NCBI RefSeq assembly: GCF_963921235.1 | Contig: NC_086118.1 | Coordinates: 25,732,001 to 25,796,000, forward strand | Source: Mobula hypostoma | Lineage: Eukaryota | DNA: 64,000 bases | Reading direction: 5' to 3' | In this document: piece by piece, positions 40,346 to 54,880 of the stretch | How positions within the stretch are numbered: the first letter of the stretch is position 1 | How the letters are laid out: each line of letters opens with the position of its first letter | Notes under the pieces: generated by a model | Databases searched by the model: none | What the model saw: the letters and a program-made list of their open reading frames with translations, nothing else | Told to the model about the DNA's origin: nothing | Program-made: the position numbers and the translations under genes

Positions 40346-40940
40346 GGTGCTCCCGGTGCGGCCTCTTCTACATCGGTGAAACCTGACGCAGATTGGGGGA
40401 CCGCTTTGTCGAGCGCCTCCACTCTGTCCACCACAACAGACAGGATCTCCCGGTAGCCACCCACTTCAACTCTGCTTCCCACTCCCATTCAGATATGTTC
40501 ATACATGGCCTCCTCTACTGCCATGATGAGGCTAAACTCAGGTTGGAGGAGCAACACCTCATATACCGTCTCGGTAGTCTCCAGCCCCTTGGTATGAACA
40601 TAGAATTCTCCAACTTCCAGTAATTCCCTCCCCCTCCCTTCCTCTATCCCTATTTCACTCTGCCCCTTCCCCCAGCTCCCTCATGGTTCCGCCTCCTTCT
40701 ACTATTGTTCTCCTGCCAATCACCTCCCTGCTTCCCCTCCCCCACCCCTTTGTCTTAAAAATTACTGTTTTTTTCAACTACCAGCATTCTTCAAACCCTC
40801 CGCAAAGTTCTTCCTTCAGTCCTGACGAAGGGTTTCGGCCTGAAACGTCGACTAATCTTTTCAACTGATGCTGACTGACCTGCTGAGTTCCTCCAGCGCA
40901 TTGTGAGTGTTCCTTTAACAACAGCATCTGCAGATTATTT
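40346..40940 (+). mobile_element. Penelope-like element remnant 2, tandem to remnant 1
   Basis: CSRCGLFYIGET*RRLGDRF...RLEEQHLIYRLGSLQPLGMNIEF, ending GCATCTGCAGA. Confidence 0.88.
40818..40853 (+). ncRNA. Minimal type I hammerhead ribozyme motif 2
   Basis: AGTC-CTGACGA-agggtttcggcct-GAAA-CGTC-GACT. Intact CUGANGA and GAAA boxes, GUC triplet, palindromic ACGT in place of helix III. Confidence 0.8.
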
Positions 40941-40941
40941 C

Positions 40942-42215
40942 ATGTGATGAAGGTGCTGGAGAGGCTGGTCCTGACTTACCTTGGACCACAGGTGAGATCT
41001 TCATTGGACCCTCTACAGTTTGCTTACCAACCTCATGTGGGAGTGGATGATGCCATCATCTGCCCATTGCAGAGAGCTCTCTCCCACCTGGATGATGCTG
41101 GTGACATTGTGAGAATCACACTTTTTGATTTCTGTAGTGCCTTCAATACAACCCAGCCACTTGTTCCGAATGAGAAGTTGCAAAGGATGAGCATAGACAA
41201 ATCCACCATCTCCTGGACAGATAGACCCCAGTTTGTACGGCTAGGTAGTTCTCTGTCTGAGATGGTGGTGAGTGACACTGGAGCCCCACCAGGGACTGTC
41301 CTGTCTCTGTTTCTGTTCACACTGCACACCTCAGACTTTCAGTACAAATCTGTGTCTTGGCACTTGCAGAAGTTCTCTGGTGACTTTGCGGTAGTTGGGT
41401 GTATCAAAGATGGGCAGGAGTTGGGGTACAGAGGACTGGTGGACAAATTTGTGGAGTGGTCCGGGAATATGGTCAAAATCAGAGAGATGGTGATTGATTT
41501 TAGGACTGTGACGAGTCCGGTACACATTCTTGGAGAAGACTTTGCGGTGGTGGAGGAGTGCAAATACTTGGGTGTTCAACTTGACAACAGACTTGACTGG
41601 AAAACCGCACCAAGGCTGCTTACAAGAAGGGGATGAGCAGAGGAGCTGAGATCCTTCAATGTGTGCAGCAGGACGTTGGAGATCTTCTACCAGTCTTGAG
41701 TTGAGTGCAGCCTTCTTTGCGGTTTTATGCTGGGGGAGCAGCATTGGTGCTAGTGATGTAAAAAGTCTAAATAAACTCATCAGACAGGCTGGATCTGTCC
41801 TCGACTACAACCCGGACTCATCTGAGTTAGTGGAGGAGAGGAGGTCACTAAACAAACTGTTATCCATTATGGACATCCTCTCCATAACCTACTGAATAAG
41901 CAGTGGAGCACCCTTTCGAACAGACTCATTCAGCTCCCCTGTCACAAGGATCGTTACACAAAATCTTTCCTACCATTTGCAATAAGCATATACAACAGTT
42001 CATCTCTGAGTGACAGGAGAACACACATCATAGTACGATAGTCTCTGTTTTATTATTTCATGCATTATTAGTGTGCATTGGTAAATTATTATTGTGTATA
42101 TTATTATTCTGTACTTTATAATAGTAGTTAAGTCTGTACACTGCTAAGTGAGTTTTTAAATGTAGCTGTTGTAATTATAGAATTCCCGGCTCAATATCAA
42201 TAAAGTATTTATTAT
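40942..42215 (+). mobile_element. Rex1/Babar LINE 3' fragment
   Basis: ORF 40944-41636 (MKVLERLVL, DPLQFAY, FDFCSAFNT, KYLGVQLDNRLDW). AATAAAG near the end. Confidence 0.9.
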
Positions 42216-43640
42216 TAGTTCTAGAATAAAAATGTTTCCATATCAGTTTGTTATTAGCATACAGACCTGTACAATCAACTGATAGTACTGGAGTTCTCCT
42301 CCCACACACATACTTCCCTGACACAATGTATCATCCCTTTTGCGTCCAATCAAAACAATTGCATAATTCTGAGAAGACTGCTTCTTCCTATGATTATGTT
42401 CACACAAATTATCACTATGCACCAATTGCACAACATACTTATTACTTCTTCTGTAGTTGATAATAACTTCAAGTTCAGTCAATTACAAAACTGAAAATAA
42501 TAATCACAGCATGTACTTGGTGTGGTGCATATTGTGTGCTGCCTCTGGGGATTCTGCGGCTTTTACATCACGGTCAAACACCCTTATCTAAGTACTCAAT
42601 AAGGATTCACTTTTAAACCTCATGAGGCTTTAGAACTGTAATCCAATATTCCAGATCAGATAATTGTTCTGGAATCACCCATTGAAAGGAAAGATCCAGT
42701 AATTTTTATACTTAGCACCAAAGCTGAAAAATATTTTGTGTTTTGACATTTCCCTCACCTTCTTGAATCATAAGCATTTTTATTATTAGGAACTTGTTAC
42801 AGACAGTAGCCATATCGCATACAATATTTTATCACAGGCTGAATTTAATTTGATTCCCGTACACTCCCAGACGTCAGCTTTCAAGCATTTAAATGAAGTA
42901 AAAGCAGAGAGTCGTAGACACAGAATATGCCAACCATATCTTATCATATCTTTTGCAAGAAAGCAGGATCAATTATTTAGAAATATGCAGGAGTCACCAT
43001 GGGTATGAAGAGCCAAATGATCACTTATTTTGTAAACATCAGTGATTCTATTATATCCAACAACTAATAGCTGCAGATATTTACCATACAATCCTCTTGT
43101 CCATTTTTGTTCACTGAGGGCAGAACAGCATAGAATTTGTACTACTGTACTGAGATAATAATTCAGGTCTAGATTAACAAACTGAGAAATGCTAAATCCA
43201 AATTCTGCAATGGCGACAGAGGAATATAAATTTTCTAATAAACCTACAGTTTTTAATGTCTTTATTCAGATTTCTGGGCGTTGCTGGCAAAGACGTCATT
43301 GATTACCTACTCTGAACTGCCCTTGAGAAGATAGTGATGAGCTGTTTTCTTGAACTGCTGCAGTCCGTCTGGCATAGGTACTTACACAGTTCTGCTGGGC
43401 AGGGTGATCCAGGAATCTGACCAATAGCTGTGAAGGACCAGTAGTATACTTTAAAGTGTGGATGGTGAGTGACTTGGTAGTGAATCTGCAGGTGGTGTTC
43501 CCGGCCTGAAACCTCGACTATACTTTTTTCCATAGATGCTGCCTGACCTGCTGAGTTCCTCCAGCATTTTGTGTGTGTTGCTTGAATTTCTAGCATCTGC
43601 AGATTTTCTCTTGTTTCCCATGAATCTCACTTCTTTTAGA

Positions 43641-46105
43641 TCATTAGACATAGGAGCAGAATTAGGCCATCTGGCCCATCAAGTCTGCTCTGCCTTCAAT
43701 CATGGCTGATCCTTTTTTTTCTCTTCCTCAACCCCAGTTCCTGACCTTCTCCCAGTGACCTTTGATGCCATGTCCAATCAAGAACCTATCAATCTCTGCC
43801 TTAAATACACCCAATGACCTGACCTCCACAGCTGCATGTGGCAACAAGTTCCACAAATTCACCAGCCTTTCGTTACAGAGGTTTCTCTGCATCTCTGTTT
43901 TGAAAGGGTGCCCCTCTAACCTGAAGCTGTGCCCTCTTGTCCTAGACTCTCCCACCATGGGAAACATCCTTTCCACATCTACTCTGTCTAGGCCTTTCAA
44001 CATTTGAAAGGTTTCGGTGAGATCCCCCCTCATCTTTCTGAATTCCAGCGAGTACAGGCCCAGAGCCATGAAACACTCCTCAAATGATAACCCTTTTGTT
44101 CCCAGAATCATTCTCGTGAGCCTCCTCTGAACACCCTCCAATGCCAGCACATCTTTGCTTAGATAAGGAACTGTTCACGAACCTCAAGGTGAGGCCTCAC
44201 CAGTCCCTTATAAAGCCTCAGCATCACATCTGTGCTCTTGTATTCTAGACCTCTTGAAATGGATGCTAACATGGCATTTGCCTTCCTCACCACCAATTGA
44301 ACCTGCCAGTTAACCTTCAGGTTGTTCTGCACAAGAACTCCCATGTCCGTCTGCACCTCAGATTCCTGGATTTTCTACCCATTTAGAAAATAGTCCGCAC
44401 ATTTATTTCCACTACCAAATGCATGACCATGTATTTTCCAACATTGTTTTTCATTTGCCACTTACTTGGTCATTCTCCTAATCTGTCTAAGTCCTTCTTC
44501 ATCCTACCTGTTTCCTCAACACCACCTGCGCCTCCACCAATCTTTGTATCATCTGCAAACCTGGCAACAAAGTCATCTATTCCATTATCTAAATCATTTA
44601 TATACAGCATAAAAATAAGTGGTCCCAACACCGACCCCTGCGGAACGCCACTAATCACTGGCAGCCGATCAGAAAAGGATCCTTTTATTCCCACTCTCTG
44701 CCTCCTACCAATCAGCCAATGCTCTAACCACATTTGTAACTTTCTTGTAATACCATGGGCTCTTAACTTGGTAAGCAGCCTCATGTGTGGCACCTTGTCA
44801 AAGGCCTTCTGAAAGTCTAAATATACAACATCCACTATATCCCCTTTATCTATCCTACTTGTATTCTCCCCAAAGAATTCCAATAGGTTCTTCAGGCAGG
44901 ATTTTCCCTGAAGGAAATCATGCTGACTTTGTACTATCTTGCCCTGTGTCACTAAGTACTCTATCACCTCATCCTTAACAATTGACTCCAACATCTTTCC
45001 AACCACTGAGGTCAGGCTAACTGTTTTATAATTTCCTTTCTGCTGCCTTCCTCCTTTCTTAAAGAGTTGAGTGACATTTGCAATTTTCCAGTCCTCTGGC
45101 ACCATTCCAGAGTCCAATAATTTCTGAAAGATCATTTCTAATGCCACCACAATCTCTAATGCTACCTCTTTCAGATCCCTAGGGTGTAGCTCATCTGGTC
45201 TGGGTGACTTGTGTAACTTTAGTTCTTTCAACTTTTCGAGCACCTTCTCTCTTGTGATAGTAACTACACCCATTTCTCTTCCTTCACACACTACAAATTC
45301 GGGCACACTGCTAGTCTCCTCCACAGTGAAGACTGATGCAAAATACTCACTTAGTTCATCAGCCATCCGTTATTATTTCTCCTGCCTCATTTTCTAGCGG
45401 TCCTATATCCACTCTCATTTCTCCTTTATTTTTTAACATATTTGAAAAAACTTTTACTATACACTTTGATATTATTTGTTAGCTTGATTTCATTTTTCAC
45501 CTTTTCCTTCTAATGATTTTTTAGTTGCTCTCAGTAGGTTTTTAAAAACTTCCCAATCTTCATCTTCCCACTAATTTTTGCTTTGTTGTATGCCCTTTCT
45601 TTTGCATTTACAATGGCTTTGACTTCCCTTGTCAGCCATGATTGTACTATTTTACAATTTGAGTATTTCTTCATTTTTGGAATACATGTGTCCTGCACCT
45701 GTCTCATTTTTCCCAGAAATGCACACCACTACTGCTCTGCTGACATCCCTGCCAGCAGCTCCCACCAATCCACCCTAGCCAACTCCTCTCTCATGCCACT
45801 GTAATTTCCCTTACTCCACTGAAATACTGCTACATCAGACTTTCCTTTCTCCTTATCAAATTTCAAGTTCAACTCAATCATACTGTGATCACTGGTTCCG
45901 AAGGGTTCTTTTACCTTAAGCTCCCTAATCGCCTCTGATTGATTACATAACACCTAATCTAGTATAGCTGATCCCCTAGTAGGCTCAATGGCAAAATGCT
46001 CTAAAAACCTATTTCTTAGGCATTCAATAAACTCACACTCTTGAGATCCATTACCGACCTGATTTTCCCAATCGACCTGCATGTTAAAATCTCTCATGAC
46101 TATCC
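43641..46105 (-). mobile_element. Degraded CR1 LINE ORF2
   Basis: ORFs 45729-45953 (SDH), 44470-45366 (RT), 44159-44356 and 43728-44150. Confidence 0.93.
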
Positions 46106-47009
46106 ATTTGGAAGTGTTGTCAGAGTAGTTTTATGAATAACAATGGAGCCAATATGTATGAATAATATTTACGGTAATGAATGGAGCATTGATTCATTGT
46201 CCTGGATAGTATTGGTCTCCTCGGAAGTTGTTTTAGATGTATTCAACTGCAAGTGGTGAGGATTTCATTACCTTCCTAACTTGTGTCTTCTAGATTGTGG
46301 AAGGTTTTCCAGTATCAGAAGGCCAGACACCCAACCTGCTGTTGTTGTCATTGTATGGCTGATCAAGCTGAGTCTGTAGGTAATGATGAAGAGGCTGGGA
46401 AATTCAGGGGTGAGACTCTCCCATTGTGGAAGTGGTCATTGCTTGCCACTCTGATAAGCTAATGTTATAATGATAGACATACAACTACTGTATAGTTTTA
46501 AAAATCCAATCTTTACCAAAAGCAACATGCCCCTTGCTGCTCTAGTCCTTTTTAGACTCCAGTTTCATAGAAATTTAGTGCACATTTAGTTGTCCTTGAA
46601 CATGGCCTGTCAACCCACCCATTTCAAAGATAGATATAGATAGAATTGTATCTATACGGCATTTTTCACAAACTTTTTAGAAAATCCCTAAGTGTCTTAT
46701 AGCCAATGAAATACAAAATTGAAGAACAAAGGGAATTAAGGAAGGCAATAAATGCTCGCAATTTAATTGATGTTAGGCAGACACAGATCAAACATGGACA
46801 AGTTATTTTGACCGACAAATGTATCACTAAGTTCAGACTTTCCTGAAATGGAGTGGACACCAAAAAGATTTTACATACCTATTCAGTCTTGACTCCATTT
46901 CTATTGGAACCACATTCACCTGCCCACAATTTGCATAATTGCATTAAATTGATAGAAAAAATAACAAATGTCTTATTCTTGATAAAATGGCAAAATGAAA
47001 TTTCTTCTT

Positions 47010-47250
47010 TTTTTATTGAGATTCAGCATGGAACAAATCCTTCTAGGCACACTGCCCAGCAACCACAGCCTAATCCCAGGATAATTAACAATGACCAATT
47101 AACCTGTCAAAAGGCACATCTTTGGACTGTGGGAGGAAACCCACGTGGTCACGGAGAGAATGTACAAGCTCCTTACGGGCATGCCTGAGAATTGAACCTG
47201 CGTTGCCTGTACTGTAAAGCACTTTGCTCATCACTATGCTACCATGCTGC
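47010..47250 (-). mobile_element. V-SINE/HE1-like SINE (related remnants at about 48080-48330, 50440-50620 and 58860-59165)
   Basis: TCTTTGGACTGTGGGAGGAAACCCACGTGGTCACGGAGAGAATGTACAA V-domain-like motif and a tRNA-like head. Confidence 0.65.
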
Positions 47251-49896
47251 CTTTTTTGACTGTTCATTCACAGCAAAAGTCAGAATCTTGCTCATGGTAG
47301 AGTGAAAAAATTAGAAAATTCCCATTCCATTCAACTTGGTCATGTAGATTATAACCAGTTTCACTTTCAATGTTTTTTTATTTGCAGAGTTACAGCTGTG
47401 CTCTACCCTCAGTAAACCTGAACCTGTCATCATCACTTTTCTTAGGATCCATGTATTTGGCAAAAGTAGAAATTTTCATTCCATCATTTTGAAGTGAGTT
47501 AACAAAGTCTCAGATGTGATGGGGTACAATAATTAAAAAGGGATCAAACATTCAAATCTATTTATTACTCAGTATTAATAATAATAACATCAGAGGTCAA
47601 ATATGTACCTGTTCTAGAATTTTGCAGCATACTTTGAGGAAAGCAAATGGAGCTGATCTCCTTGGTGATTTGAGTGAATTAATTTCTCAGAAGAAAATAA
47701 AGGGAATAAGGGCAGGAACTGCTGATGCTAGGTACATTGAGTACCTGATACCAGTTGCTAAAACCATAGTGAATTTATTCCACTTACTTTCTCTCTTTGC
47801 TCCTTATTAGAAACTCAATGTACATTTGTTTAAAATGAACAATTAGAAATGTATTCTTCATTATTGATCAGAAGCTCTAACAGGTCTTGAAATTCATCAT
47901 GAACTCTGATACTCTCTGAGATTCTGGACCTTTTGCCTCGTTTTGTGACACAGTAACGGTTATGGGACAGCAAAGCAAAAGTAAAACATCTGATCATGAT
48001 GAAGTTACAGATGGCATGGCAGAAATTACATACAAAGTATCTTGGAATTTGATACTTATGAAGTCATGCCTTGTCTCTGCTCCAGTGACCTGGATTTGGA
48101 CCTGACATCCTGTGCTGTCTATGTGGGGTTTGCATGCTCTTCCTGTGACAACCTGGGCTTTTCTCAGGTGCTCTGGGATGTCAGGGATGTGCTGGAAGAT
48201 TAATTGCCACTAGTATAGTTAGGTGGCAGAAAAATCGATCTGGAGGTTATGGCCATGTGAGAGAGCATAGATGGTAGGAAAATGAGTGAGGGAGTAGAAC
48301 TGATGGGACTTGGGCCCTATGGTGTAAGGAAATAGTACAACCACAGCACTTTACTTATATCATTGTCATTTATTCATCTCACATCTATTTAATAGTTCCT
48401 GCAGACATACCAATCCATTCTTATAGAAAAGCAGTTTATGTATTTTGTATGACCTCACTGCAATATCAAGGCACTATCACTTCATCACATTCTGCAGGTT
48501 AATTTCAACAATATACATTATTTCACACATTTAACAATTGATCTATACAAAACGCTACTGGATTTCTCTGGCTATGATTTCCTAGCCATGAGAAGCATGC
48601 TTCTTTTGGACAAGATAAAGCAGCAGGGCAGGCATAACTCTGTAACGTCTTACAATGTTCTGAACACTTAAAGCACCTTACAATATAAAGCACATTTATA
48701 AGGAAATATTCATCTGCTTTTGAGCTAGTTATATAACATTGAACCACACCTAATATATATCAATTAGCTAGCATGAATCCAGAATATATTTCTAGCAACT
48801 CATGAAGTTTGTATTAGCTACAAATGTAAAATGAATGTTCTAAAGGGATATGCAAAATAAACACCTTTATAGAGTTTCAGAGTGCTATTAAATATGAAAA
48901 CTAAAGATGTTACAGCAATTGTGCATGAATAATGATGCAAAACTGCCTGAGGTACTGTTTTCATCAAGTGCTCGTAATTAAAACACACAGGAAAGAGAAC
49001 AATTTTTACTTAATGTTTACACCTGGACAACAAAATGCATGAAACAGTTCTTAAAAATGCCATTGATAATAGTCACAATACTTGTATTAAAAAGGTCATC
49101 AATCAACAGGCATCCTCTTTGAACTGATACATGCTGTTCCTCAGTAATTAACCAAGAATTTTAAAAGTGACTGCTTCTTCAATGAACAATTTTCCCTTAT
49201 AATAGCCATAAGTAATAAATGGCCCATCTTTTGTGCACTTTCCATTCCACTTATTAAACAGAAATTATATATATATTCTTCAAAACAAGTGGCTTTATAG
49301 CAATTAGTTGTTTCATTGCTCATCTGGATGTTGCATATTATTATATAATGTGAATTTATTCCATCTCTCTCTCAATTAGTTAACACTGAACACAATCCAA
49401 AATGAATCATAAAGGATGATGGTGAGTTTGCGGCAGGGGTTTGAGGTGAGGAGGAGGTGGGATTATATTTAGGTTGAGTCATATGATCAAATATTTAATA
49501 CTATTTGAGATTCACGTTGGTGCACAAGCATGTGGATTAATAAGTTCAACAACGTACCAATATATATTACCATTAACTGAATCACTCAGTGATCACCTAT
49601 GGTGGTAAGTTTATTATTTGCATAAAATAATTTACCATTAAAAATAGTTAACCAACATGGATCTCTTGGTTAGACATGAAGTTTCCAAGTATTGCTCACG
49701 GGCCATCAATATTGTGAGTGCTAATTACATGATGCTATGTGTCAGTGATGATGTTGCAAGTAAATTTTTCATTGCACCTGTGCATATGATAATAAACTCT
49801 ACTTTGCCTTTGTTATTGACTTCAATATATATTTTTTTATAGGGGATAACCTTGCACTATTTGGTAACACAAGTTCCAAATTTTCCTTTGAAATTA

Positions 49897-50316
49897 ACCA
49901 TATAACCATATAACAATTACAGCATGGAAACAAGCCAGCTCGGCCATTCTAGTCCGTGCCGAACTCCTACTCTCACCTAGTCCCACCGACCTGCACTTGG
50001 TCCATAACCCTCCATTCCCTTCCTGTCCGTATATATATCCAATTTAACTTTAAACGACAACATCGAACCTGCCTCAGCCACTTCTGCTGGAAGCTTATTC
50101 CACACAGCCACCACTCTCTGAGTAAAGAAGTTCCCCCTAAACTTTTGCCCTTTAACTCTCAACTCATGCCCTCTTGTTTGAATCTCCCCCACTCTCAATG
50201 GAAAAAGCCTATCCACGTCAACTCTATCAATCCCCCTCATAATTTTAAACACCTCTATCAAGTCCCCTCTCAACCTTCTACGCTCCAAAGAATAAAGACC
50301 TAACTTGTTCAACAAT
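49897..50316 (-). mobile_element. CR1 3' end fragment
   Basis: ORF 49977-50375 is near-identical to the C-terminus of 32011-32823, with the same tail. Confidence 0.9.
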
Positions 50317-50998
50317 CTCATTTTGTGTGTGTTGCTTGCATTTCCAGATTCTGCAGATTTTCTGATGTTTGACAATTGGAATTTTTTTTTTGTAATTGGT
50401 TACTACATAAATAAAATGTATTTCTGGACCAAATTAAGGAAGATATTTTTTCCATCAATCTGGGTGAAATCCTGGATATCTGTATGGAGATTAAATTTTC
50501 ACCATGTGATTGCATGGATTTCCCCAGCTGCCCTGGTTTCTTCCAACATCCCAAAGAATGTGCTCATTGGTAGGTTATTTGGTTATTACAGACAGACTCA
50601 ATGGACTGTATACTATCCTATCACTCTATCCTATAAAACAATGAGTCAGTATTGTCACTGATTTATCATGGTGCACAGGGTGCATTTTCGTCTCTCAAAA
50701 CCACATGCATATAAGAAACAAATGAGGTAGATTGCGTCAAGCTATCAGTCTCTTGAATGGATTTCCTGTACAACAAGATGGACTCTTAGCCTCACAATCT
50801 ACTTCATTATCATCTTGCACTTTATCGTTTCCTGCACTACACTTTTTTTAGTAGCTTTTTACACTTCATTCTGCATTGTTATTGTTTTACTTTATTCTAG
50901 CTCAAGGCACTGCGTAATGATTCAATCTTAATGACAAATCACAAGACAAGCCTTTCACTGTATCCTGGTACATGTGATGATAATAACCAATACCAAAA

Positions 50999-51925
50999 CA
51001 GTAGATTACAGTTAATTGCTCCATCAATTAATCAGGGCAGCCAGTTATTTAGGACAACTCTTCAAAAACAAAAACTAATTGAGAAAATTATGAACACAAG
51101 AAAGTTTGTAGATGCTGGAATTCCAAAGCAACACGCACAAAATGCTGGAGAAACTTAGCAGGTCAGGCAACATCTATAGAAATGAATAATCAGGCAGCAT
51201 TTAGTCAGGATTCCCTTCCTTTATTTGGGACACTAGGTTGCTTAATTGGGGCAGGAGATTGTTGCCGAACAAGTTCTAACTAGTGTCAGTCGTGTGCTCT
51301 TCTGTGGCCTGTAGCCGCTACACCGTACTTAGAGTAAAAATTTTAAATAGCATCAGTTGAGTGCACTTGTGTTCAAAAAGTAGTGATTTTTTTCACTGAT
51401 AGTTAGCGAAAAATATGCAGTAAGACAATTTAGAACTGTTCTGCTTATTGCGGCTTCAAGTACTCAGGCTTAGAAATGCCAGAAACAGCCAGAATAAAAA
51501 TTAAATGATTTTACTACTTCAACAAGTTAAGAACTATGAACAATTTGAAAGTATCGAGTATCATTTTGAATGTTATAATGAAAATGAAGATTTGGAGGAT
51601 GCAATTGTCAATAGCATTGCACAAAGGCAGTTCATTATCTGCACTAGGTGTCTGTTTTGATTTTGTTCAATGTGCATATTGGATGAATTCCTCTGTTGAT
51701 AACTATTCAGAACTAATACATAGTTTGATTGTACTGTTGTACTATTGTTAGTGTTCTAATTTGTTCTGTATCTAATTTATTATAAATGCATAATTTGTTA
51801 ATCAATTTGCCTTTTTTTTATACCTTTTTAACAACTTCCATGAAACTTCAGCTAATTGGGGCAGCCCACTTAATTGGGCCAAAATGTACTGGTCCCAATG
51901 TGTCCCAATTGACCGGAATCCACTG
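50999..51925. mobile_element. Non-autonomous Tigger/pogo-like DNA transposon with nested Penelope-derived piece (about 51093-51205)
   Basis: TIRs CAGTAGATTACAGTTAATTG and CAATTGACCGGAATCCACTG, TA on the right flank, internal TAATTGGG repeats. Confidence 0.75.
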
Positions 51926-53109
51926 TATGTATTAGATAAATAAGATATCCTAACAGATAACAGCCATCATCAGTCGTCACTTGTATTACATATTATTTTT
52001 GCAATTGTATATTAAGAAAATATTTTATTTTCTCATTGGGTGGAATAACCAAAGTGGATAGGTTAAATCTAACAAATACTGGATCTAGATGAAGAAGTAG
52101 GAACACTGACTGGAATCTTATTTTAATATAGTTCTTGGTCTGTTCGGCTGTATGAAGAAAATTCAGGAAACTGGTAATATTCAGAAAAATGTAAACCTTA
52201 CAAGAAAAATGACTAGAGTTTCTTTATCTTTGGGGTACATCTTACTTTAAAAGAAATGAAAGTGCCTGACTACTTATAATTGCACAGTACTGCTGCCACA
52301 GAGCAACAAATTTCACAACTTATGTCAGGGAAAATAAACCGGATTCTGATTTTCTGAGTTAGTGATATGGGGAACACATATTAGATCAATAGCAGAGATG
52401 ACAAATTATTTTACCATTTAACATTTGAACAAATGTTGGGTCAAAGTCACATGTAGTCACAAGGGGCTCTTCAAGTATATGGAAAAATAAACTTCCTCTG
52501 TGTGCAATTCATGAATGAATAAAGGTACTCAATCAGGCTCAAAGAAGTCCATTCAGAAGAAAGATCACCACCTTGTCAAAGAGCAAATGACACAAAATTT
52601 CATTTAGTACTGGGATATAAACCTTAGCAATGCAGGCTGAATGGAATAAATTAAAGAAAATGATTATTTTACTGGAACTTTCATCACTTTAATCCAGTTG
52701 TAATCTGCTGGTGGTGTTCACTTTGAGGCTTTGCCAGTGAGACACCAATGAAGAAATTATACCCTTTGATCAGCTTTAGGATTGAAAAGGTGCATTGTAA
52801 TCTGAAAGGAGAGAGGCTTTATACTGATTTCCCACAGCTTACATTTGCTGCTGTCCAGGACTGCCAGCCCTCTCTTCTTCTGTCAGAGTTTGTGCTATGT
52901 AATAAATAAAGCATAACTGGCATCTAATCCGCTGTGACAGTTGATAAATCTGGCATAAGTACTAGGTGCTCAATTTGATCAGATTTGTCAAAGGCATTAT
53001 CCGAGTTTGCTGAAGACCCAAGGGTAGGAGGCACCGTGGGCTTTCCGTGCAAGAAGAGTGTTGTAAAAGGACGCTAACAGATTATATGACTTCTACGGAA
53101 GATGGATCA

Positions 53110-53520
53110 GTGCAAGGAAAGCTGATACAACAGATAGACATTGGAGGAACTTAGTGGGACAGGCAGGATTTATGGAGGGAAATGGACAGTGAAGGTTTCA
53201 GGTCAAGAGCCTTCAACTGGACTGGAAGGATAGAAGTTAGATAGCCAGTATAAAAAAATGGAGGGAAGGGGTGGAACAAATGCTAGCAGGTGATAGGTGG
53301 ATCCAGGTAAGGGGATGATAAGCAGATGAGGGAAGGAGATTAGTGGGAATGACATTGGAAGCTGGGAGGGGATAGGCAGACATGACAAAGGGCTGGGAAG
53401 AGAGGATGGTAGAGTATGGGATAAAGGATAAGAGGTGGGGAGGGGAACCAGTGAGAGACGGTGGTGGAGGGAAAGACACCGAGTAACGGGGGCCAGGTGG
53501 ATCAGGGAGGAAGGGAAATT
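53110..53520 (-). mobile_element. Penelope-derived non-autonomous element
   Basis: Purine-rich body. Decayed hammerhead on the minus strand (CAGTCCAGTTGAAGGCTCTTGACCTGAAACC). Confidence 0.65.
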
Positions 53521-54678
53521 TGATGTCATTTTCCCAGGTAAAATAATAATTTTGCAATAAAGAATAACTTGTAACTGTTGAAGAACAAAGGGATTTGGTT
53601 CTCTGTTCAGACAAGTCATTGAAAGCTAGTGCAAAACGACTAAGAAGTTACAAGGACATATGCAACGCTGATCTTTATTGCAATGGTCAGATCACATCAG
53701 GATACGATGGTCTGTTTTGAGCAGAATCCATAAAAGGGATTTGCCAGAATGACACCAGAGTTTAAAGTGTTAAAATGTGAGGATAATATGTGCCTTAAGT
53801 GTGGCCAGTAGTCTTGCATTTAGAAAGCAGAGGGTAATCTAACCAAGGTGTTTGACATGATAAAAAGGCTTCAATGAAGCACGGACAGTTTCTTCCAGTG
53901 AGGAACTTAGAGTTATTACATTCAGGAGTGAGATCAGAAAGCACTTTTCATGCAGTTTGCAGTGAAAATCTGAAGTGTCGTGGATATTGGGTCAATTAGT
54001 GTCACAACTAAGATTCGCAGACTGCTTTTAAGAGCTTCAAAAGAAACAATTGAAGGGAAGATTACTGGAGATAAGATTTACATCAGCCATTATCTTATGG
54101 AATAGTCAAATAGCTCGGACAGCTGAATGGACTCCTGCAGCATCTTGGTTAGTGGCTGCCAGTCCAATAAATACATCACTTTGCCAAGTATGAATATGAA
54201 CTGGTTTTACACAATTATCAATTTGGGATGATGCAATAGTGAAATATTTATAATCCCATCCATACTTCTGTGGTGATTCCTGCAAAACATTCAGTTTTTA
54301 AAATCTTTGACTTTTACATGATGGAGCAGGTGAATCCACAGCATTCTTTGAGCAGAGTCAGCCCAGTCTTCGCCATGAAAGGTTTAGTTGTCTGCTGTGC
54401 TCTGGATGTCATTTTTCTTTCCTTTGCAACATCTGTGATGAGACAACAAGATTTTTGATTATCTGCAGCATTCATATTGATTTGATCTAACATTTCCTCC
54501 TCCGTACAGGCGTCAATGAATTGCATTCAGAATAACGGGAGAAGGTGCCAATTAAATCTATGTTCACTGGTTTGAAGAGTTTCCTCATTCCTCATCCACC
54601 CTACATTGTTAACCCTTTGAAGGCGATAAAGTCAGATTAGATGGGTTGCAAAATATTATGAAAATTCTTGCACATCAG

Positions 54679-54880
54679 AAACACATGAGATTCTGCAGAT
54701 ACTGGAAATCCACAGCAACATACACAAAATGCTGAACGAACTCAGGTCAGGCAGCATCTACAAAGAGGAATACCTATTCAGTGATTCAAGCTGCAACCCT
54801 TCATCTGCCAATTGTTTATTCCTCTCCATAGATACTGTGTGACTTCCTGAGTTCCTCCAGCATTTTGTGTTTGTTGTCCA
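54679..54880. mobile_element. Fold-back (inverted-end) Penelope-derived mini element
   Basis: Arms CAACATACACAAAATGCTG and CAGCATTTTGTGTTTGTTG are reverse complements. TGCACATCAG duplicated at 54669-54678 and 54881-54890. Confidence 0.8.

Noticed and set aside
47609..54570. Naming the candidate pseudogene (faint resemblance to KIAA0825, DCDC1 or dynein-like proteins from memory)
   Set aside because: Similarities were short, not colinear and not verifiable without a search.
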